Shown: piece after piece, positions 38,722 to 51,523 of the stretch
Layout of the letters: each line of letters begins with the position of its first letter
How positions within the stretch are numbered: the first letter of the stretch is position 1
Made by a program: the position numbers and the translations under genes
Source: Saccostrea cucullata
Taxonomy: Eukaryota
DNA: 64,000 bases
Assembly (NCBI RefSeq): GCF_032062105.1
Contig: NW_026933337.1
Span: 186,001-250,000 of the forward strand
Reading direction: 5' to 3'
Notes under the pieces: generated by a model
The model's input: only the letters and a program-made list of their open reading frames with translations
Told to the model about the DNA's origin: nothing
Database searches by the model: none

Positions 38722-39299
38722 AATCATGAATTTATTAAAAATTAATGGCACTTTTAAAAAATCTTCTTCTCCAGAACCGCTTAGGAAAGATCAAATATAT
38801 CAAGTACATGAAGCATCCTCAGGTAATTTTGTAGATTCAAATATATCAAATATATACAAGGGTGTGTAAAATGACCAAAGTTTTACATAGGAGAGAGGAA
38901 AAATCTTTAAAAATCTTCTTTGAACCACTGGGCCAGGAAAAATGAAACTCATGTGGAATCATCCTCAGGTAGTGTAGATTCAAGTTTGCTTATATATACC
39001 CCCGGGGCAAGGGTGGGACCAAAATGTGCACAGTTTTACATAAGAATATATAGGGTATATACCACTGAGGAAAGATGAAACTCATTAATTTGCGGATAGT
39101 GTAATTTAAGTTTGTTTTCAATAAATGATTTTAAAAAATGAAAAAATCTTTAAAAATATTCTTTCAAGAACCACTGGGCCAGGAAAAATGAAACTCATTG
39201 GAATCATCCTCATGTAGTGTAGATTCAAGTTTGCTCAAATCATGTGGGCAAGGGTGGGACCAAAAGTCTAGTTTTACATAGGAATATATAGGGAAAATC

Positions 39300-39333
<34 letters not shown>

Positions 39334-39730
39334 GGAAAGATGAAACTCATGTGGAATCATCCTCGGATAGTGTAGATTTTTTTCAAATCATAGAAGGGTG
39401 GGGAAAAATGCCAAGTTTTACATAGGAATATATAGGAAAAATCTTTAAAAATCTTCTTCTCAAGAACCACTGGGCCAGGAACGATGAAACTCATGTGGAA
39501 ACAGGTAGTGTAAAAGTTTGTTCAAATCATGACCCCTGGCAAAGTTGGGTGCACAAGTTTTAAATAGGGATATATAGAGAGACCTTTTAAAATTTTCGTG
39601 TGTCAAAGCTATGATTAGTGATATTTATATGGAATCATCCTCAGGTAGTGTAGATTCTAGTTTGTTAAGTGATGAACGCCTGGACTAAAGAATGTGCTCA
39701 GGTGAGCGCTGTGGCCCCTGGGCCTCTTGT
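38485..39730 (+). mobile_element. Full-length HINE-like (Helentron non-autonomous) element carrying about 150-bp satellite-like repeats
   Basis: Subterminal inverted repeats GCTCACCTGAGC (38491-38502) / GCTCAGGTGAGC (39696-39707), (GTT/GTC)n microsatellite about 38537-38581, about 7 internal AAAATCTTCTTC..AGAACCACTGGGCC units, 3' hairpin GGCCCCTGGGCC 39713-39724, T-rich flanks. Confidence 0.85.
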
Positions 39731-40124
39731 TTTTTTTTTGTCCTTGGTAGGATGGAACTAGCACTATGGTGGTTTTGATCTTGGATCCGTGCCGTCTTGC
39801 TCCTGTCTCCCTCGACCAAATTGCCCACTACATCAATATGGAGTTGATTCATACATTTTGTAATTAACACTATAAAAAGCACTACCAGGTCTATACAATA
39901 CCAATTCAGAAAACAACTAGCATTTTTTAATTAAAAAAAAAATAACCCCACCTCCACCCCACCCCTCGCGCTGGTACGATGATACGGACACTGGAAAATC
40001 TTTCTCTTTTTTAATGAATTGTTTGAAATAACCCTGCATGTTACAGTCTGAATTTTTTTTTTTAAAGTTTAACAAAAAAGCAAGATGACAAATGAGCTGT
40101 ATAGACGGGATTCGCTTGACAGAC

Positions 40125-40254
40125 TAGTCCGAAATATCGGACGCTTTCCAGGCTTTTTACGATTTTGATATTTTATGTGCTAAGTTCTCCTGGCAGGTAA
40201 AATATCAAAATCGTAAAAAAAAAAACACTGGAAAACGTCCGATATTTCGGACTA
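40125..40254. mobile_element. Foldback MITE with 9-bp TSD (AcademH- or Mutator-like)
   Basis: About 50-bp arms TAGTCCGAAATATCGGACG..TTTTTACGATTTTGATATTTTA and their reverse complement; TSD TTGACAGAC/TTGGCAGAC. Confidence 0.8.
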
Positions 40255-43094
40255 TTGGCAGACTAGTACTGTAAGGTGAACATGTTAACCTCTTTTCCCG
40301 CACAACATCAAACTATTCTGCATGTTGAGACTCATTAATATTAATATATTGATTCCGCTCTTTCCCGCAAACATGCCAAAGGTCCGCTTCAATCACGGAC
40401 GTCCTGCTGTAGATAAAAGAATGTTACGCTAGATAATGGCAAGAGTACAAGAAATCTAATCACGAGCGTATTCCATGAATGCAGCTTTACATGCAAAATT
40501 ACTGTAACAATACCGTAACAATAAACAATATTATAAACATGGATATAATCCACAAAATTATGCACATGCAGGTTGATAATTTTGTGAACGATATTCACGT
40601 GCATTTGGATAAAATATCCCTGTCTTTTTACAGTAATTTTGCAACTATGGTTGTATATATCGAAATGCAGGCTTAGGGTTCGAATCCGCTCGACCAGGTC
40701 AAGTGATGTTGCATAGTATAGACATGGTTTCTAGGAGATTTCCGACTTTGTGTTTCTTTTATTTTGTGTTTTGAAGCAGAACAGTACAAATGAATTACAT
40801 ATTGTACTTGAAATGTGATAACAAAGACATTTTCAAAAGAGTAAAAATAATTTTCTAAATTAATTACTTAAATAGATAGAATAACAACAAAAGCAAGAAA
40901 AATGGTCCAATATTGCAACTTTTCGTTTTCGGTCCCTGGTTTCCTTACCACCCAGTGGTCTGTCCGGTACCAGCTTGGGCGTGAGGCGTCCTCCCTCCCA
41001 CCCCCAGCCGCAGACCCCTCTCTAAAAATGGTTTCCCGCTATTTTGAATTCCTTTCATTCTGTTCAAATTCTTATGAAAAAAGCATCATCAGAAGATGAC
41101 ATTTATTTGGGAAGTAAATCAAATATAAATTTTAAAATGTCTAATTTTTTTTATTGCATGTTTGGTCTAATTAATCTATCGAGTATTACACTTTAAAAAT
41201 ATGTACATGACGCAAATTGTAATAAAAAGCTATCGTTGCATTTAGTACACATGTATGAATCTAACCGTAAAGGCCTAAAGGGTAGATGTACAACAAATAA
41301 TCCCTGCTTTTAGATTGATGAAAAGCTCCACATTTGTATTGTATTAAGGTATTTCCTTAAAAATGCAACAACAACAAAAATGTACAACTGTATTATAGAG
41401 AAAAAATCGAATACGAGTAACAAAGTGATTGCTTATAACATTCCGTTGTTAAATTTTGTGTTCTCATAGGACAATGCAATGTTTTTTTTTTATCTTTCGA
41501 GAATGGAAAATTATCAACTCTCTGAGAGGAAAGATTATCTATAAACAAATATTCAAACACCAGTGTGAGCTAATAAATTTTATATAAAAAAGATTTTTTT
41601 TTCAATTTATGTTTATTTTCAAATACATGCACATATACAATTATAGGTACTGTATAAACTATAAAGAGGAAAATCGAAAGGATTTCTTATTAACTGAGAT
41701 GAGACCGCGTGTGAATATTCCAGGCGGGTGGCGGGGTGCCTGTAACACTTCAGGATCACTCTCTTGTCCGTTATTCCCCGAATAATTAAAATAAATAATG
41801 AGACTTTCACAAAATCTTTAATACACTTTGCACATTGCCTTTCTATGTCTCCTATATTCGTCTTCATTTGACAAAGCCCATGGCAAATCCTGACCGCTAT
41901 TCTTTCTATAATATTTGGGATTCCCATCTGTTATCTGCAACTCTTCCTAGACCATTAAATAAAATTTACTTTTACACATTTTTCTTACACAGTACAAATA
42001 GGCACCTCCTATTTTACATTTTCAAATGGACAGATATTTGAAGTTTCCCATTGCAAAAAAATGGATTTTCCACTTTTAATCTCTGTTTGGTGGTTCTGTT
42101 AAAAATTCCAAATTCTGAAAAATCGCCCTCTACATGAAAAATGAGGACTTCATAAATTTTTGCGACATACTAGTAAACAATTTTACTTAGATGGATGAAA
42201 GCATCGAGAGATGAACATTTGCGGTGATTCATGAAACCTCTTTTTACTAACATGCGTGATGTAAAGCATACTTTTAAAAAAAGTAACGTGGCGAACTGAA
42301 TAAATGAGAATTTTCATGAGAAAGACGTTTTTTACGTACATCAATTAAATTGTCAACTTTAATTACGCCAGAAATACCAAATAAGGTCCAAATTAAATGA
42401 AAATACCTCGAATACCTGGCACATGTTCGTCAATTCCATTTGTGCGATCGAATTTCTCATAATATTTGGTTGGAAAGTGTTTTGTCTTATTTTAACTCCA
42501 AAGCTAATTACGTTTGCCAAAATTTTGCAAATGCGTGGAATACATGTACTTAAACAACTGCTTGAATTAGAAAAGAAATCATATCGAGATTTTTCATGTT
42601 TTATTATTCTGATATAACAAGAAACCAACAATGAGATCAATACATAATATATTTACACATACTGAAATAGAATACATACAATAATTCTGTTGTTATCAAA
42701 TAGATGGATACTAGTTGAGTCAATACTGAGATCAAATAATTCATCTTGTACATAACTTCTAGTATCAAGAGATACATGTATATATGGAGAACCACACCGA
42801 AATAAATATCTATCTTTCATAAAATACTTTGTCTTTTGATTAATTAGAATCACGGGTATTTCAAATAATAATTCTTATTTTTTACTTATTTACTTTGATC
42901 ACAGATATTGATAGTACTAACAGTTTTAGTGAAGCTTCTTTCTTCACCACCCCGAAAAGTAGTGGCATCGTTCATTCTCCAGTTTGATATGTCTTTGGTC
43001 AAAACAGGCAGTTTAGATTTAATATCACAGTACTCGAATCGTATCACAACCACAAATGCAATACTGTCTTTACGATATATACAGTTCATAGAAA

Positions 43095-45681
43095 TCACAG
43101 ATAGGCAGGACAGAATTGGTACACGAGACGTTTAGAATTGGCGGTTTTCTTGATGATACCTTTTCGATAATATTGTCGTATTGAGCGACTTAATTTGTCG
43201 TAGTTCATTGCTGGTCGATTTTTCCTTTTGCCCCAGAGTTTGGCGACTTTTGGAGAGTCCTCGATTTTGAAGATTCCTTCTTGACGGTTGACCCAACGGA
43301 TGTACCTATCATATCTCTCTGGTTGGAGCAGAAGTTCCTTCAGGAAGCGCCAAAGATGAATCGTCTGCTTCTGTTGATATTCTACAGGGTAGCCTGGGAG
43401 ATCATCTGAAATGCAGAAACACGTGTAAATCAAATGGTTAGCTTACATGACAACTTTTACAGTGAAACATTTATCTATAGACTTAGAACTGCTTGTTGCA
43501 AATTGTATTTTTTCCCTTTGAGATGAAAAGTCCACGTTAAGGTGACGCTTAATTGATTCCATTCTATCAGTTCAAAGCTAAACATTTTGAAGAAATCTTA
43601 CCAGTTTGTGTGTAAGGCGTGTCTGGTTGACTGTCATAGTAGTTATAATCCGTATAACTGTAGTAATCGGAGTATGACGACATAGCCTCGTTCTGAGATG
43701 GGTAGTCTGGATGATACCCCACGGGTTGTTGCACGGCGTTAGAGGACGAGGGGTACTCAGCAGGGGAGGACTGGTGGAAGATGTAGTCGTCCCTCCTCAT
43801 CACGGACCCCGAGGCCTCGCTACATTCGCTAATCGTGGGGGATGAAACACTGTTCTGTCTGTAGTTGTAGTAATTGGGTGGTGGTACCACTGGCAACTGC
43901 TCTCTTCTCGAGGATAATTTACAAGCTAAAATAGGAAAGTCATTGTTGGAAAATATGTGTTTAAAATGGCTTTCTTTTCTGATTTTTCACTGTCTGTTCA
44001 TAATTATTATAAATTCATAATATATTCATTTCTTTATTTTAAATATATCTAGTAAATTTTCAAGATGGTCACGCATATAATCATTAATCAAACAAGAATA
44101 ACTTACAAATCTCTTTTATCTACTTTTCATGAAACATTTTCATTTACTTTTATTCTTATGTCTTTGTTTTAAATTATGAAAAAAAAAAAATCATTTTTAG
44201 TAATTTTTTTAATCTGATACGGTCTTTGAACAGATCTTGAGTAGAAATTATTATTTTATGGATATATACTAGATAATGACCTATATAAACGTTAAACATT
44301 TTTCTTATTTAGCATATTTGAAAGAATTGATGAGTTTTTTTTTTCTTTTAATTGTAGATCGATATAAATTATGAAACTAGAACTAACCATTTTTCCAAAC
44401 ATCCAGCTGGGCATGAAAGTTGGCCCCTGCATCCTTTGATCTGTGTCTAAAGTCGTCCAGGGTGAGGCAGCAGAGCTCCTCCCCACTCATACGGAATCTG
44501 TCAATGATCCCTTGGGGGGCCCCGAACTGATCCCCGTACCATACTATCCACTTGTTCACCTCCTGATTCGTCCATTGAGTGGGATCTTAATGTAAAAATA
44601 GGAGAATATTTTATTTCTTTTAACAAAAAATATGAGCGAAGATCTATTAAATAAAGGAAAACTATGATTAATTATGAAAAATGTGAAAATGTAACGAAAG
44701 AAATTTCAACTTTTAAAATTACTGTAATTTAAATGTAAAGATACGAGAATATTTTTCTCTTTCGACAAAATACGAAGGTCTATTAAATAAACGAAAACTT
44801 GGATTATTTATGAAAAATGGGAAAATGTAACGAAAGGAATTAGAATTTAAAACTATTGTAATTTAAATGTAAAGATACGAGAATATTTTTTTCATAAAAA
44901 TAATACGAAGATCTATATTTCATAAACGAAGACTTTAATTGATTATGAAAAATGTGAAAATTTTACGAAAGGAATTTAAATATAAAAACTATTGTAATAA
45001 TTGTTACATATATGGATTCTTAGAATAATAAATTTTAAATCGTAATATATTTTGTTTACCTGGACAAATTTCGAGAATTTGACAGATGTGTTCGATTTCT
45101 TCCTGGAGTGCCCGCAAAACAGATTCCTCAAAATTTTCTGGTTGGTGACCGGACTGATGAGGCACATATCCCTCGTGTGGTGGCGGTATGGCAGGAGAAA
45201 GATCTTCAAAGTGTGTTTCGATTTTGAGCCCTGGTTCTCTTGAGGAGTTCTGGTAGCACCTGTGCATTGAATCATCGTACACGAGAGGCGGTGGTGACCT
45301 CTCAAAGTGTCTTGCAATCTGCTCGTCTGAGACTGCCGCCATTAAAGCAGGACTCGGGTTCCGCTGCATGGGTTGAAGTAAGGTGTAAGAGGGGCTGGAA
45401 TTTTCGTACTGTGAAGCCGGAGATTCTTCAGATGCCGTCATTTCGGTTTTGACAATACTGTACGTCACGTTACAGTTCGCTCCACCTCCCGACAAGCAGG
45501 GATTCTCCATCAACAGGGACTGGACGAGTCGGGGGTCAGGGGAAGATGGAACAGCAGGCGACATCAACCGGGGGTCGGGGGAAGACGGAACAGCAGCCGA
45601 CATCAACTGGGGGTCGGGGGAAGACGGAACAGCGGCCGACTTGAGCCGGGGGTCGGGGGAAGACGGAACAGCAGCCGACAT
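43095..45681 (-). CDS. SPDEF: SAM/Pointed-domain ETS transcription factor (SPDEF/Ets98B-like), 4 coding exons, 484 aa
   Basis: Exons 45681-45060, 44585-44388, 43925-43602, 43405-43095; all phase-1 GT-AG, 1455 nt. PNT domain (ICQILEICPDPTQWTNQEVNKWIVW..MSGEELCCLT..FHAQLDVWK). ETS domain IHLWRFLKELL..IRWVNRQEGIFKIEDS..VAKLWGKRKNRPAMNYDKLSRSIRQYYRKGIIKK..RLVYQF; RSIRQYY is characteristic of SPDEF. Confidence 0.92.
44602..44998. repeat. Intronic minisatellite, about 135-143 bp x 3
   Basis: GAGAATATTTTT..TCTATTAAATAAA..ATGAAAAATG.GAAAATGTAACGAAAG..TGTAATTTAAATGTAAAGATAC units at about 44602, 44745, 44879. Confidence 0.8.
45526..45681 (-). repeat. Coding 39-bp tandem repeat x 4 (MSAAVPSSPDPRL)
   Basis: Visible directly in the DNA (GGGGTCGGGGGAAGACGGAACAGC) and in the translation. 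Confidence 0.95.
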
Positions 45682-48600
45682 ATTTCTAGTGTTGCCCAGG
45701 CATAGGAACGTGAACAATGGGATAATTATTACATATGATTGATTTTAAATGATGGTATGTAACCACGTGAGTTGACCGGAAAACTTCAACATGTCCTCTT
45801 ATCACACTAGAGCGGACATTTCCGGACAATCTACTTGTCAATGTATTGTATCTGCAGCATTATGAGATACATTCCTTCACATGGATAGAGAGAGAGGTTC
45901 TCAAGGTCTCTTTTGACCGTAGTTGTTTCCTTGAAATATTATGACAGCTTAAATTATCCACTAGTCCCTATTTTTCTTAAAGTAAAAATTACAACAGGAT
46001 TCCGCTAAAATGAATTTTAACAAATGAATATTTTTCATGATGATACAGTCACATATATATATAAATTTTGACCTCTTTCTTTCATCAGAGGTTCCGTTTT
46101 GTACCTATCCAATTAAATATGTGGTATCATTTTACTCTTATTTTATCTAATTTTTGACTCAGTCATAAACGAAATTATATAAGAAACAAAAATGCGCATG
46201 AAAAAAAAGATGATATTGAAGTAGGCGGGGTTTACCAGAATTCATATCTTCTCTGAATATTTAAATTAGATAATTTAAATTTGTCAATTAACATTTCATT
46301 ATTGAAATAAATGCTGTATAATAAATCTACATTTATTATTTTTTTGTTTTGAGCGTTATATGCTTGCCAGGAACATTTTGCATTCATGGTATCTTTTTCA
46401 TTGATTGAATGTAAATAATCATTTTGAAAGCAGTGTTACAAAAGATCCTGAATAGCGAATCATTGCTTTCGCACATATTTTCTCTCTTCCCCTCAGAAAA
46501 AAAATGTTTTTAAAAGTGTAATTAAAAGCACGTGTCCCGATGTATTAAGGTAATTTTTCTTTAGTATACGAACTAATCCTATGTAAAATACTCTACTATC
46601 ATTATATTCAATGTTGTAAATATTGTAGCAGATTACGTTTGTGCTCAGTCATTTGTTGGGAAAGGATACTGATAGATATAAACCTTATTTTTTTGCGAAT
46701 ATATTTTGGGGGGATGGTACAACAAAAATGGATATATAGATGATAAGACTTTTTTTTTCTCAAGAAATTCTTTTTTGCAAATATACTTGGGGGGTGCACC
46801 AAATATGGATAGATAGATGATAAGACTTTCCCCCCAAGAAATTAGCAAAAAAGAAGAAGAAGAAGAAGAAAGAAATAAAAATAAAGTGAAACCATTGGTC
46901 TAAGAATAATCCACTGTATGTAATAAATGTATATGTAAGCATAAATGTCAGTTTAAAAAAGTAAGTAAAATTTAAAAAAAATCAAATCATGCATTTAACA
47001 AGTGTAAAAATTTTAATCAGATTACAAACATTATAAATATTTTAATTCTTTAAAGTTGAATGTTCACCCCCCCCCCCCAAGAAACCGTATGGAGACCTCT
47101 TATTGAATTGTTTAACTTCCCATATGCATAAAGACTAATAACTTAGAGGACAACTTTTTTTTTTTACTGATTATAATCATTTGGGGGGGGGGGTGCTGCT
47201 TCCTTTTCACTATAGTTTTTTTTTTCTTTGCTTTTATTGTGTTATTCCTAATTGTTTATTTTTGTTTGTTTGTACGTTTGTGTGCTTGTTTTTGGTTCAT
47301 TATTAGTCCTTCGTTTGCTTTGTTTTGATCGATATTATTATGTATTCATTTATTTATTTTTGCCTTTTCACTGTGGTTTTGTTTTTGTTGTTTCTTATGT
47401 TTCTGGGTTTTTTTTTGTCTCTCCCTAATTAATAATAGAAAATATTACGAGCTTAAAATATTTATAATTATCTACATGTATTCTTGATGACAATTTTGTT
47501 TTCTCAGTATTCAAACTAAATCCGATGTTAAATATTCGACTTTCACTAATTACTTAGTCAATGCAGTTTACATCTAATATACATATAGTAGATAATTTAT
47601 TTCTTTTAAACAGTTTGGAGAAGAGGATCTAAATTTCCCCTTCCAATGACAGACATACGTGTTTTTCTCTATCCTTAAATATTTAAATTTAATTTTATTG
47701 CAAATTAAGAATAGAATTCGGGGGGAAATGTTTCATATAAAAATAGATGTAGGTTCTCTATCGTGGGATGAAGTGTGTGGACACCCACTTACAACTCTAC
47801 TTTTTTTTTTTTTGCAAAATCTCCCCACGTATCACGAATATGAATTTGTTTGATTTTATGAATGTGGTAAAGTTTATGTTAAGTAAGTGATAATCAACTC
47901 CCTTGCATCATAAATTTAAAACAGAAGCTTCTGAAAGAAACAGGTTATGCATGACGGATTAAAATGACCAAAAAATTCCCCTTTCTTTTTACAAGATAAA
48001 ATGGGAGGTTGGGAAATACTCAATTGCTAACAAAACAATCTAAAAAAATATAGGTAAAAAAAATATATAAACAGGTACATGTACGTGCTAAATACGAGTT
48101 AAATTAGCTTTCACAACACTGACGTAAAAGAAAAGGTACTTTAATGCACCGAAGCCCTGAATATAGATATTAATTTCAAATTCACGTTACTTTCATGACA
48201 GTTGGAACTTTGATCGCAATAACCGACTTTACAGGGGGGGGGGGGTGTTACTGTAATATTTTAAAGTTTTCTCTACAAAAAGAGCCAAAACTTACACTTG
48301 ATTAAGTAAATGACTAAAACCCTCTACAAGAATTTACATGGATTAAGACCTATTTCATAAAGAAAATAAGTAGAATAAGATGTGAAAGATCTATTTTAAA
48401 AAGACATTACTAATTGTACATATAAAATAATTTAAAATTTATTAAAAATTAATTTTACTTATATGATATAAATTCACCCAGATAATTTCAACATTAAAAA
48501 ATGTACAAATATTGATTCGGTTGATTTACCGGTATAATGAATTAGAATTTTATATTTTTTTAATCTGCCATTGTGATTTTTTTCTTTTAACTTTAACCCC

Positions 48601-49389
48601 CCCCCCCCCGATTCGGATACTGTAACCAAGATTGAAAATCGTCTTATGCTTTTGGTTGGCGTGTGTGTTGAAGGGGGGGGGGTCATTTCCCGGCAATCTT
48701 GTTAAAGTGGATAAATTTATTAGCCTACACGTCTTTCTAAATATATTTATTGAAAAAATATGCATTGTTCTTAACTTTTATAACGTATTCATTTTAATTA
48801 CAGAACACAAGATTTTCATCTTGGAAAAAATACGATTATGATTACCAAAAATATTTTGATGGTTCAAAAGAATTTTACGTGTTTCTCAGATGCAAAGGAA
48901 AACCAAACAATATACATAAAACTCATCTTTTAAAAAAAAAAATATTTAAGAAGCAATTGCATAAAGCATGAGCAAATTTTATAAATATGCTTAGGTTCAC
49001 ATAAAGACGAACCCATAAGTAAAGCGATGTGGCGTAACAGGCGAATTATTATGTGGTTGAGAGGTGTCAAGTTTTCCGGCGTTTAACCTTCAATCACCAG
49101 ATTGAGACATGTACATTTACCCTGCCGATGATACTGCAGACCGTAGGCTTACGTAACAATAAGGGCAACAATTTAGTAATGGTACAGAAATGTTTTCATC
49201 TGTACTCTTCCTAGCCGGTGAAAATGCCAGTTTAAATCATTCCAGAAGGTTTGATCACTCATACTAAGACGCAACCACTTTGTCGATGTAGGGCTGAAAA
49301 GCTCTGCACTTGAGCATTAAGGGATAATTTTCGCGTCAGCACCTACTGCGACACGGGATCTCAGTTTACATGAGACTATCCCGAAAGAC

Positions 49390-50168
49390 TAGCTGCAATA
49401 ATGTAGCCCTCTCCCTTTTTCGATGAGAGGGCTACAACTCTTAGGATCTCCATAATGGTGCAGCTGCGGGAGTAATTTGCTCCCGCACGGATTTCGGCTC
49501 AAATTAACAGTAAATGGCTATTTTATTAACATTTCTTACCTTGACTCCAAATAAGTAGTCATCCAAGACGTAAACCAATGCAAAAATATACAGAACGATC
49601 CCTATATCGCTTATTTTTCGTGTATGTCAACATCACAACTCGAATTTATCCGCCATGTTTACTGACCTTGATAGATTGTATTTTGGGACAGCCAATGAGA
49701 ATTTAGGTTCTATAGGAGCGGATCTTTTTGGAATTCCCTTATTTTAAACATAAATATCGCTGCTTGCATAAAAATAACACTTAAAATGGTTTTATATACC
49801 TATGTTTTTGTGATGGAATTCAGCACATACATTTATAAACACCGATAATTGCTTTGTTCAGTTGCTCTAAATTTCAAGCGAAAGTCTCATTACGTCACGC
49901 GTGAACTGTCATGGCTGCTGAAGTAAACTACCAGGAAACATGCAGAGTTATTTTACAAGTTTTTCGCATTTAACGGGGTCTACTGTTGACAGTGAATAAA
50001 AAATTCGTCTTATTAGAAGTAAGTTGAATGTAAAAATAATTTATTTTGCCTGCAGTCGCTCCTATTAAAAAAAATATTTGCACCATTACGAAGATGCGAT
50101 GGAATTGTAGCCCTCTCCAGAAAACATCAGATTAAAAAAAATCGGAGAGGCCTACATTATTGCAGCTA
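49390..50168. mobile_element. Non-autonomous DNA transposon with TAG..CTA ends and 9-bp TSD (AcademH-like), inserted in a SINE
   Basis: TIR TAGCTGCAATAATGTAGCCCTCTCC / GGAGAGGCCTACATTATTGCAGCTA; perfect TSD CCGAAAGAC (49381-49389, 50169-50177). Confidence 0.85.
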
Positions 50169-50210
50169 CCGAAAGACCAGTCTCCGCGTTACACACAATG
50201 CTGTATTGTA

Positions 50211-50505
50211 TTGTTGATTGTATATTGTTTAACGTCCCTCTCGAGAATTTTTCACTCATATGGAGACGCCACCAGGGCTGCAAATTTTGTCCTATACTCG
50301 GCACTTAGGGCCATTGAGCAGGGAGGGATCTTTTTCATGCCAGCACCTACTGCGATACGGGACCTCGGTTTATACGGTCTCATCCGAAGGACCGGTCTCT
50401 CAGTGGGATTTGAACCCGCGACGTAAGGATTGACTCCTTACTTCGCGACCCTAGTTGTAGAACCCGCGATGAAAGGATCAACTTCTCACTCCGCGAATCT
50501 GAAAC
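50211..50505 (-). mobile_element. tRNA-derived SINE whose 5' end is split off by an insertion (resumes about 51531-51557)
   Basis: Reverse complement of the SINE at 51905-52197 (CTCTCGAGAATTTTTCACTCAT..GCCAGCACCTACTGCGA..CATCCGAAGGACCGGTCTC..TTTGAACC). Confidence 0.85.
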
Positions 50506-51523
50506 CACAGGAGTTCGCGTACCTATTAATTATACCGAAATTTTCATTTAATAAAAAAAATACGTAATACGTATAATAATAACACAAGGAGTGCAACGCA
50601 TTTTAGTTCACCTGGGAACCCCCTCTTAATATCAAGGCTGTCGCACAATTAATCTTCAATCGAAAATTATAAAACACAAACCAATCTTTTTGGAAGGGAC
50701 CATTCTTTATGGCTCTTAATGCATATGATTTCAAACGCATCTTTTACATCAGCAGCGGTGACATTTCTCCACAACTTCGCTCAAATATCAGGGGTGCGTT
50801 CAACAGCGTATCAGCTACCTTAGCAGCTAAGTAGTAGATATCTATCTCTATTGAACAAACAGCTAACCTAGCTGCTAAATGTTAGATTTTGAATAAAGAT
50901 AAATCAGTAAAAACTTTTTACTGGATCAAATAAAGTTTATTTCAGGCGAAAATATGTATTTAAATTTACATTTAATTCACTTAAACATAGGAAATAACCC
51001 TCCTTTTTGTAAAAATCTTGAATGCTGCGAATTTGTAACCAAGGAAACCATCTTGGATTTGGGACGTAGCATTAAATTTTTATGCTAGCTCTCCATACGT
51101 AGCGGCTAGGTTAGCTCTCCGTTCAAGAGCGTAGCTTCACGTAGCGGCTATGTAGCAGCTACGCTGTTTTGTCGCGAAGCACCATGACGTGACGTCACGG
51201 GCGCGGACCATTTCAAAAAGGAACAAACTGCCTGAAATGCTAATCTAGATGATTGAGGTCATATGCGAAAAGAAACCAGAGACAAGTTAGTAGACATTCA
51301 AGAAAATTTAAATGGGGAGGTACATGTATTGTATTCGTATCTAAACGTAATATCATTATCTCTATTTAATTGTGTATGATTGTTTTTTTTTTGTTCCTTA
51401 CTTCGCCCGTGACGTCACGTCATGGCGTCATGGACAAGAACCTGTGTTATTATTATAGGTATTACGTAACTTTTTTATTTACCGAAAATTTCGGCAAAAT
51501 TGATAGGTACGCGAACTCCTGTG
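50506..51523. mobile_element. Non-autonomous P-element-like transposon with a nested MITE (about 50789-51186)
   Basis: TIR CACAGGAGTTCGCGTACCTAT / ATAGGTACGCGAACTCCTGTG; 7-bp TSD CTGAAAC (50499-50505, 51524-51530). Confidence 0.85.

Noticed and set aside
568-45681. The four genes as one functional cluster (peptide precursor, opioid growth factor receptor, transporter, secretory transcription factor)
   Set aside because: No enkephalin (YGGF) motif in the precursor exon, and adjacency in animal genomes does not imply a shared pathway; only the OGFR-like/ABCB8 promoter link is supported.
46600-48850. Short ORFs upstream of SPDEF-like
   Set aside because: AT-rich low-complexity and decayed MITE sequence with homopolymer runs; no coding signal.
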